From positions 1-22,850 of the forward strand of contig JAZUQR010000003.1 in assembly GCA_045605805.1 (NCBI GenBank): a DNA stretch of 22,850 nucleotides, written 5' to 3'. Below, piece after piece: positions 16,217 to 22,850 of the stretch (the stretch's first letter is position 1; every line of letters starts with the position of its first letter). Made by a program: the position numbers and the translations under genes. The notes under the pieces are model-generated. The model was not told the DNA's origin, made no database searches, and worked only from the letters and a program-made list of their open reading frames with translations. The DNA comes from Alphaproteobacteria bacterium (GTDB lineage Bacteria > Pseudomonadota > Alphaproteobacteria > CAAHEQ01 > UBA3637).

Positions 16217-16273
16217 AGAAAACTCCTTGACGAAAATACCCCCTCTTTTGAAAGGAAAGAGGGGCAAAAACCT

Positions 16274-16876
16274 TTAACGCTTGCGTCTGCCTGCCGATAC
16301 ATCAACAGGTGGTGCAAATTCAAAATTCAAAAAGCCCAAAGCTGTTAAACAATAACCAAAGTTTTGGGTAATGTTCACATAATTGTGGAAAAATTGAAAT
16401 TCACTGTGTTGTTGACAACCACGCAGCTGCAATTCGTGATTCATAGATTTTGTTAACCACATTTCACAATGAGCCTTGGCAATATCATCATCAATAAATG
16501 TATCAAAGTATTCCACATATTCGGCAGCCCAGCCACCCAAAAACTTACCTCGTTTATCTTTGCCCCAAACAATACCAATGCCAGTTGCAATGGCCTTGTG
16601 TTCATCGGCTTTGGCACCATTGCCGGCCATAATCACTTCAAGAACCGCCCCATGCTTAAAGCTGTGTGCCACCTGATCCACCGGCACAATGTTGCCATAC
16701 AGCTCTGGCGGCAACACAGAAGTATAAGGCACCACATTAAAGTCTTGAATCTTAGCCGCCATTAAAGCGGAATCATAACAGAATGTTTCAAAGGGTTGCG
16801 GTGGAATACCATCTTCGGCCAAACCAGCCCCTCCCGTATAAAATCCCAATGTGGGATAACGTGTTCCTAATTGCAT
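16274..16876 (-). CDS. aaxB: Pyruvoyl-dependent arginine decarboxylase (Chlamydia AaxB-like)
   Basis: GTRYPTL...[14 protein letters not shown]...FNVVPYT|SVLP with the Thr52-Ser53 self-cleavage site; [11 protein letters not shown]; GGWAAEYVE. Confidence 0.92.
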   Translation of the reverse strand: MQLGTRYPTLGFYTGGAGLAEDGIPPQPFETFCYDSALMAAKIQDFNVVPYTSVLPPELYGNIVPVDQVAHSFKHGAVLEVIMAGNGAKADEHKAIATGIGIVWGKDKRGKFLGGWAAEYVEYFDTFIDDDIAKAHCEMWLTKSMNHELQLRGCQQHSEFQFFHNYVNITQNFGYCLTALGFLNFEFAPPVDVSAGRRKR

Positions 16877-17042
16877 ATTCTCTCCTTTTTTTTTAAGTAT
16901 TTACAGTGGCATGATTGCCTAACATTTTTTCAATTAGAAAACGAAATCCCAATTCACAAGCTGCCCAAAAGTCTGGATTGAAAGAATAAAAAACACTGGC
17001 CATTTAAGAAATGTTGTTTAACATCAAAAAAAGGAGAAACAA

Positions 17043-17384
17043 ATGAACAAATTAAAATATCTTGGGCTGGCCATTTTAAGCATGGCAACCCTGCCCGCAC
17101 TTGCAGAAACAACTTCTGGAGAAGTGGTGGAAATTGATGGAAGTTTAATCACCATTGAAACCCCATCCGAAGAAAGAATGACTTTCCAAACCACCGATAA
17201 TACAAACTATCGTAAAAAGAAATTAAAATCTCAACACAAGAAAAAGCGTGGGATGCGTTCGCCTGAAAATTGGCACTTCACCCCTATCGCAGAAGAAAAT
17301 GATTGGGTGGAAGTTGTCTATAATCCCAAATCAGGCACAGCCACTGTTTACGAAGTGGATACCATCACAGTGTTTGACGATTAA
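17043..17384 (+). CDS. Small exported protein (possible OB-fold/DUF5666-like)
   Basis: AAGGAG RBS; signal peptide ending ALA; GEVVEIDGSLITIET beta-strand pattern. Confidence 0.65.
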   Translation: MNKLKYLGLAILSMATLPALAETTSGEVVEIDGSLITIETPSEERMTFQTTDNTNYRKKKLKSQHKKKRGMRSPENWHFTPIAEENDWVEVVYNPKSGTATVYEVDTITVFDD

Positions 17385-17402
17385 AGATAAAATCAACCAA
17401 AA

Positions 17403-17431
17403 AAAACACTCCTTTTTTCAAGGAGTGTTTT
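17403..17431. terminator. Bidirectional terminator between convergent genes
   Basis: AAAACACTCCTT / AAGGAGTGTTTT perfect stem with A/T flanks. Confidence 0.85.
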
Positions 17432-17455
17432 GTTTTAATATCACACTTGCCATAC

Positions 17456-18595
17456 CTAGAACATAAAGGTTGCCCGCAAGCTAAGAACCGTTGCTGTATT
17501 CTGTTCTTTGTTCGCCCCCGGATTGATATACAATTGCACATCCGGTGTTAAAGTCATAAAAGAGGAAATCCCAAAGGCCATATAGCCTTCCAAAACGCTT
17601 TCCCAAGAACGAGTTCCAGCACCATTTACCTCTTTGTTTAGCTTGTTCATCGCCACCGCTAAACCCAATTGGTCTAAACTGTTTCTGTTAAAAGGATTGT
17701 TGACAACACCCCCAAAAACATACGATTGTTTAATGCTGTTTTGTGATTTATTTACCCCATTGATGCGTGCAAATAAAGCCACCTTTTTGCTGAGATACTG
17801 TTGCGCATTCAAACTCCACCCATACGATTCTTCGGGTTGAGCCGAAACATCCGGTTGATAATAAAGCAACAAGCCGTATTCACCAGCCAACCCATCAAAC
17901 GAAGGAGTCCACATCATTGACACAAAGGAAGTCCAATCCCCTTTTTCAAGTTTGTTCCAACTGATTGTTTCCCCAGTAATGTTATTCGCATTTTGCGCCC
18001 CAACACTGAACGACCAAGTATTGGTTGGATTCACGGTGACAAATCCACCTAAACTGGCAGTTGGATACACTTCCGAAGCATTTTGAGACAAGGCATAATT
18101 CAAAAAATTGACTTGTTGATTGCTGTTATAATCTGTCCCATCAAAATTATACAAGGGGAATTGTCCCAATGTCAGTGAAACATTTTTAAGCGCTCCCGGC
18201 AAGGTATGCGTATAACTTAGCTCGTCAAAACTGTTAGAATTGGAAGGATAATCATTGATGCTTGAAATAACGCCAATCCTGTTTCCAATCACATTTGCAT
18301 TTGTTCCCCAATATCGCACCATGGTATAAGCCGCATTAAACGCCCCAGATCCCCATGTATCGGAATCAAATGCATTCCACCCGATTGTCCCATAGTATTG
18401 TGATTGCCATGCTGTTCCTTTGCCGGAAGGCGCCCCTCGTTGAGGCAAAAAGGATGCATCAAAAGAATAAGTTATACCTGTTTCTTTGGACAAATTATTT
18501 TTGAAATCTTGATAATCTTGAACCAATGAGCCTTGCGCAGATGCCACACTACACCAACAACAAACACTAAGTAATAAAAGTTTTTTCATAATCAC
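17456..18595 (-). CDS. OprB-family carbohydrate-selective porin (possible AaxA counterpart)
   Basis: Signal peptide; LTLGQF, NQQVNFLNYAL, LFARING, DQLGLA, LTPDVQLYINPG, C-terminal Phe. Confidence 0.8.
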   Translation of the reverse strand: MIMKKLLLLSVCCWCSVASAQGSLVQDYQDFKNNLSKETGITYSFDASFLPQRGAPSGKGTAWQSQYYGTIGWNAFDSDTWGSGAFNAAYTMVRYWGTNANVIGNRIGVISSINDYPSNSNSFDELSYTHTLPGALKNVSLTLGQFPLYNFDGTDYNSNQQVNFLNYALSQNASEVYPTASLGGFVTVNPTNTWSFSVGAQNANNITGETISWNKLEKGDWTSFVSMMWTPSFDGLAGEYGLLLYYQPDVSAQPEESYGWSLNAQQYLSKKVALFARINGVNKSQNSIKQSYVFGGVVNNPFNRNSLDQLGLAVAMNKLNKEVNGAGTRSWESVLEGYMAFGISSFMTLTPDVQLYINPGANKEQNTATVLSLRATFMF

Positions 18596-18654
18596 TCCTT
18601 TCTATACGAAAGGAATATAATTGTCATAAAATTAAAAAAATAGACATACTTTCG

Positions 18655-20229
18655 TTAAGGGTGGCATCCGTCAAAGATATCCAGATTTTTATCATACACA
18701 TCTGTACGCACACCATAGAGACCCAACAAGGAATGGAAAATATCATCATGCGAACGGCGCACTTGTGTTTTGCGATCCAAACATTTTTTATCCATCTTCA
18801 ATGCTTCCCGAGTTGACTGTGGCATCCAAACAAAGAATGGCACTTCTCGTTGATAAACAGGGGCATCTTTGAACTCTCCGCCATGACCATATACCCCCTC
18901 TTCTCCCAAAGATTGACCATGATCCGAAACAAACACAACCACTGGATTAAACTTGTCTGTCACATTTTTATCCGATAACATCTTCATCAAATCAGCAATC
19001 ACAAAAAAAGTATAATACACCGAATTATCATAAGCATTTTTCAACTCTTGATATGAACAGTTTTGATGGTTGGCATCTTGACACACCGGCTTCCATTGAT
19101 GATATTCTTCTGGGGCTCTTAAATCATATCTTGGACCATGAGACCCCCGCTGATGCAACACCACCAATGTATCCTCATCAAACCCACCTATTTTGGCTTT
19201 GAAGCGTTCATTCAATGTCATATCCACACAATTGCGAGAATTACACACAAACTCGGTTGGAATGTTGCGACACATTTTATTACATCCCATTTCGTTTTCA
19301 AGCCATAGCAGATTCATACCTGCTGTCTGTAAAATATCCAACACATTGGCTGTATAGCTAATTCCTCTTTCATCATAATTATCCCGATTATATGCCGTCA
19401 TCATACAGGGCAAAGAAACTCGTGTTAAAACAGCACAAGATTCGGTTTTTGAAAAAACAGTCATATCCTTTACATACGGCTTCAAAGGTTCGGCCGTATC
19501 TCGTTCATATCCGGACAATGAAAAACTGGCATCTCGCATAGATTCACCCACCACAAAAACAACCAAGTTTTTCTTATCTGAACGCCAATACTTTGTGTGT
19601 TGCAACCCTTTCAAAGAATCAATAGAATCCACCTTTTTCATCTTAAACTTTGCCAAAGACACAGCCGAAGATAAATACCCGCTGGGACACAGTTGATAAC
19701 GCAAATTAAAGTTTTCCTTCAAATATATGGCAACCTCTGTTTTATAAAACGAAAAAGGCAATGCAAGCAAAACAATTCCCAAAAGAAGGCTTCCAAAATA
19801 CAACAATCTGTTTTTCAAATTCGGCCATACAATGTTCCCTTTTATCACAATCAGAGCTGGCAGAACAAAGGTCAAAAGCAAATAAACCCAAAAAGAGATG
19901 CCCATCCATTCGGTGGCTTCAATCATATTACTTTCCAAAACATTGGACAGTACCATCTTATTGATAGGCAAATGAAAGTTCAAAACAAAATAACTTGCCA
20001 GTGCATTCCCCAGCATCAATAATACAGACAAAATCTTCACCGTTTTGGGCCAAAAGATAAGCCCTTGAATCGCCATCAATATCATCAATAAAACAAAGAA
20101 AACAGGTAAAAATACAAAAAATTTCACACTGGTCCAAATCTGTGTTAAAGGGTAAAAATTAAAAACACATAAAGTAAAAACAGCATACAACAAATTAAAC
20201 AACAAAAACGAAATGGAAAATCTTTTCAT
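18655..20229 (-). CDS. eptA: Phosphoethanolamine transferase (EptA family)
   Basis: N-terminal TM domain; VVGESMR, CAVLTRVSLPCM (catalytic Thr), HQRGSHGP, NAYDNSV, SDHGQSLGE. Confidence 0.88.
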   Translation of the reverse strand: MKRFSISFLLFNLLYAVFTLCVFNFYPLTQIWTSVKFFVFLPVFFVLLMILMAIQGLIFWPKTVKILSVLLMLGNALASYFVLNFHLPINKMVLSNVLESNMIEATEWMGISFWVYLLLTFVLPALIVIKGNIVWPNLKNRLLYFGSLLLGIVLLALPFSFYKTEVAIYLKENFNLRYQLCPSGYLSSAVSLAKFKMKKVDSIDSLKGLQHTKYWRSDKKNLVVFVVGESMRDASFSLSGYERDTAEPLKPYVKDMTVFSKTESCAVLTRVSLPCMMTAYNRDNYDERGISYTANVLDILQTAGMNLLWLENEMGCNKMCRNIPTEFVCNSRNCVDMTLNERFKAKIGGFDEDTLVVLHQRGSHGPRYDLRAPEEYHQWKPVCQDANHQNCSYQELKNAYDNSVYYTFFVIADLMKMLSDKNVTDKFNPVVVFVSDHGQSLGEEGVYGHGGEFKDAPVYQREVPFFVWMPQSTREALKMDKKCLDRKTQVRRSHDDIFHSLLGLYGVRTDVYDKNLDIFDGCHP

Positions 20230-20242
20230 GCTTCTCTCCTCA

Positions 20243-20842
20243 TCAAAACAAAAAAGGCAATGCTGTCAAAAGGGGAATGGATAAATTATCATCCATATGC
20301 AATTTTTTATTAAACAAATCGCCCATGCACCCACAACACACACCTATACAAGCCGTCCATAAATTAAAATCCAAATGGTAAGCAAACAAAAAGGCAATGA
20401 CAAAACCGCTGATTAAAAAAGCCAATGTCCCTTCATAGGTCTTTTTTCCAAACAACCGATGTTTGCCAAACCGCCGGCCAATTAAAGCCGCCATCGCATC
20501 ACAAATCAATAACACACTCAAAGCAAACATCGCCACAGACTTTGGAACTAACACCAATAAAATCAAAGCCGAAATCAGCACATAAGGTGCACCAGACAAA
20601 CGAAATTGGCCGTCTTGTTCTTCGTCTCGCAACACAGACATAAATAATCGCCGATAGATTTTGGCACAACAAGAATCTTGTTTTCTGAAAGTTTCATATT
20701 CTGCCACCAAAACAAATGCCGATAAAAGCGACAGCAAAATAATCCCCCAAGTTGGGGAAAAATACCAAATAAAAGCCACAATCCAAAAGGAACTGAGATG
20801 AATCAGTTTCCGTAAAATTTCTTGTCTAAAACTAAAAGCCAT
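20243..20842 (-). CDS. Diacylglycerol/polyprenol (dolichol/phytol-type) kinase family membrane protein
   Basis: EILRKLIHL, CDAMAALIGRRFG, KKTYEGT, DDNLSIP motifs; AAGGAG RBS before ATG 20842. Confidence 0.85.
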   Translation of the reverse strand: MAFSFRQEILRKLIHLSSFWIVAFIWYFSPTWGIILLSLLSAFVLVAEYETFRKQDSCCAKIYRRLFMSVLRDEEQDGQFRLSGAPYVLISALILLVLVPKSVAMFALSVLLICDAMAALIGRRFGKHRLFGKKTYEGTLAFLISGFVIAFLFAYHLDFNLWTACIGVCCGCMGDLFNKKLHMDDNLSIPLLTALPFLF

Positions 20843-20863
20843 AATACAACTCCTTTTGACAAA

Positions 20864-20937
20864 AGCATACCTTGATAAACAAAACTTGTCAAGAAGATAT
20901 TTTTTTACTTGTATCTTTACATAAAAAATGCTATGCT
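20864..20937. promoter_or_regulatory. Divergent sigma70 promoters (kinase-eptA on -, pfp on +)
   Basis: Minus: TTGACA (20892-20887)-17-TATGCT (20869-20864). Plus: TTGTAT (20909-20914)-17-TATGCT (20932-20937) with TGn. Confidence 0.7.
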
Positions 20938-20965
20938 CAAACCCACACAAAAGAAAGGATAAAAA

Positions 20966-22684
20966 ATGACTGAAATTTCCACATTACAAACTTTTAGAAC
21001 AAAATATAAACCCGAACTGCCTCGTTCCTTGAAGAAAGGTATTAAACGGGTTTCTGTATCGGAAGGTGACAAAACAGATTCCATCACCCACCAAGAAGAA
21101 TTAAAAGCCCTGTTTCCAGAAACTTATGGACAAAGTGTCATTACCTTCAAAGCGGGAAAAAAGCCCAAAAAAATGGCTTCCAAAAACATTGGAGTTATTC
21201 TTTCTGGTGGTCAAGCCCCAGGAGGTCATAATGTCATCACCGGCTTGTATGACGGCTTAAAACGCATCAACAAAAGCAACAAACTGTTTGGCTTTTTGGG
21301 TGGCCCAAGTGGCATTGTTGATGGTAAATACATTGAATTAGACGATACTTTAATTGACAGCTATCGCAACACCGGCGGTTTTGATATGATTGGGTCTGGG
21401 CGCACAAAGTTAGAAACGGAAGAACAATTTATGAAGGTGTGGCAAGTATGCCAAAACTTAAACATTTCTGGCATTGTGATTATCGGAGGTGATGATTCCA
21501 ACACCAACGCAGCCTTGCTGGCCGAATGGTTAAAAGCAAAAAATGCGGGCATCTGTGTTGTCGGTTGCCCCAAAACAATTGATGGCGACTTGAAAAACGC
21601 CCAAATTGAAACCTCTTTTGGTTTTGATACTGCCTGTAAAACCTATGCCGGTTTGGTTGGCAACATTGAACGGGATGCCTTATCCGCCAAAAAGTATTGG
21701 CACTTTGTGAAGCTGATGGGGCGCAGTGCCACGCATGTTGGCTTGGAGGTTGCCCTTCAAACCCACCCGAATATCACCTTGATTTCCGAAGAAGTGGAAG
21801 CCTCAGAAATGTCATTAGACACATTGGTTCAAGGCATGGTTGATGTGATTGTGGCTCGTGCCGAACAAGGCAAAAACTATGGTGTGGCCGTCATTCCGGA
21901 AGGGATCATTGAGTTCATTCCCGAAATGAAACAGTTGATTACCCATCTGAATGATTCTATGTCATTGGTAGAAAGCTCTGAATCCTATAAAAATGCAAAA
22001 TCGGATGCTGAACGATTCCAATCCGTTATTACCCACTTGAACACCACTGCACCCGAAAGTGCCAAAGTGTTTGACTCACTGCCAGCTTTGATTAAAGCGC
22101 AACTGTTATTAGACCGTGACCCACATGGCAACATTCAAGTATCCAAAATTGAAACGGAACAATTGCTGATCAATATGATTAAAGCAAAATTGGAAAAGTT
22201 GCGTGCCGAAGACAAATATCACGGCAAGTTCTCTGGGCAAGCCCACTTCTTTGGCTATGAAGGCAGATGTGCGTTCCCATCCAACTTTGATGCAAACTAT
22301 TGCTATGCGCTGGGATATAACGCCTGTGCCTTGTTGCAAACCGGAAAAACGGGCTATATTTCAAGCATTAAAAACCTAACGGCCCCCACCAACAAATGGA
22401 TTGCCGGCGGCACACCGTTGACAATGATGATGACAATGGAAAAACGCCATGGTCAATTCAAACCGGTTATTCAAAAGGCTTTGGTCAAATTGGATGGGCC
22501 AGTATTCAAAAAATTGGTTGAAAACCGTTCAAAATGGGCCTTAACAGATGATTATCAATTCCCAGGAGCGATTCAATACTATGGACCGGACGAAGTGGTG
22601 AACAGCACCACCAAAACATTGGAATTGGAAAAAGGTAAAATGAAGCAACGCCGTTGGTTCAAACGCCTGCGCCTGTTTGGCTAA
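20966..22684 (+). CDS. pfp: Pyrophosphate-dependent 6-phosphofructokinase (long clade)
   Basis: SGGQAPGGHNV, GGDDSNT (PPi-type Asp), PKTIDGDL, MGRSA, RDPHGN, GYEGR. Confidence 0.95.
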   Translation: MTEISTLQTFRTKYKPELPRSLKKGIKRVSVSEGDKTDSITHQEELKALFPETYGQSVITFKAGKKPKKMASKNIGVILSGGQAPGGHNVITGLYDGLKRINKSNKLFGFLGGPSGIVDGKYIELDDTLIDSYRNTGGFDMIGSGRTKLETEEQFMKVWQVCQNLNISGIVIIGGDDSNTNAALLAEWLKAKNAGICVVGCPKTIDGDLKNAQIETSFGFDTACKTYAGLVGNIERDALSAKKYWHFVKLMGRSATHVGLEVALQTHPNITLISEEVEASEMSLDTLVQGMVDVIVARAEQGKNYGVAVIPEGIIEFIPEMKQLITHLNDSMSLVESSESYKNAKSDAERFQSVITHLNTTAPESAKVFDSLPALIKAQLLLDRDPHGNIQVSKIETEQLLINMIKAKLEKLRAEDKYHGKFSGQAHFFGYEGRCAFPSNFDANYCYALGYNACALLQTGKTGYISSIKNLTAPTNKWIAGGTPLTMMMTMEKRHGQFKPVIQKALVKLDGPVFKKLVENRSKWALTDDYQFPGAIQYYGPDEVVNSTTKTLELEKGKMKQRRWFKRLRLFG

Positions 22685-22709
22685 AATAAACACCAAATCA
22701 AGCAAAAAC

Positions 22710-22744
22710 AATCCCCCGATTTTGGGTCGGGGGAAGTTTTTTTG
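22710..22744. terminator. Hairpin terminator between convergent genes; repeat copy 2
   Basis: TCCCCCGA / TCGGGGGA stem plus T7; near-identical to 10421-10456. Confidence 0.75.
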
Positions 22745-22762
22745 GCGCAAGACCAACAGGGG

Positions 22763-22850
22763 TTAGGCATTTTGGCCTTTGCCTTTGGCACGAGCCACCA
22801 TCGCCACACGTTCTTCGGCTTGTTGTTTGGCTTGCAACTTATCATCCAAA
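22763..22850 (-). CDS. 3' end of a gene entering from the right edge
   Basis: Open frame ...LDDKLQAKQQAEERVAMVARAKGKGQNA* converging on the hairpin. Confidence 0.55.
   Translation of the reverse strand, partial: LDDKLQAKQQAEERVAMVARAKGKGQNA

Noticed and set aside
16978-17006. Possible sigma32 promoter or CtrA box upstream of 17043
   Set aside because: Matches are partial and the TTAA spacing is not N7; unsupported.
18655-20229. Mobile colistin resistance (mcr) gene
   Set aside because: Generic EptA-family motifs in a chromosomal operon with no IS flanks; nothing supports mcr specifically.
445-22756. Numerous short antisense or alternate-frame ORFs in the track (e.g. 445-846, 6670-7158, 7548-7889, 11281-11622, 19693-20022)
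   Set aside because: They are shadow ORFs inside well-supported genes, with no RBS or motifs.

Overview
Bacterial chromosomal window, probably from an AT-rich alphaproteobacterium. This is inferred from the non-zinc L36, the small ORF before murA and a GRSMVEMLGVL-type pilin-like gene. It is mostly housekeeping and envelope genes: tRNA-Lys, an OM barrel, mscL, lnt, rpmJ, murA, trpS, mnmA, a Ca/Na antiporter, DsbA-like, LysM/M23, eptA, a polyprenol kinase and PPi-PFK. Three accessory systems stand out. (1) A type IV pilin-like gene with Cys-rich repeats lies downstream of an unannotated 30-aa leader ORF carrying a G10 tract, followed by an intrinsic terminator. A one-G slip either moves the leader stop to the foot of the terminator (G9) or carries translation through it into an ATGA overlap with the pilin start (G11), which suggests phase variation by attenuation. 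(2) A ~2.4 kb AT-rich islet at tRNA-Pro, flanked by a duplicated tRNA 3' end plus terminator, encodes a SpoU/TrmH methyltransferase, a radical SAM/SPASM enzyme and an unannotated 33-aa Cys/His peptide; this is a candidate RiPP system. (3) A Chlamydia-like aaxB/aaxC arginine decarboxylase and antiporter pair has an OprB-type porin nearby. All calls come from reading the sequence and recalling motifs; no database searches were run.
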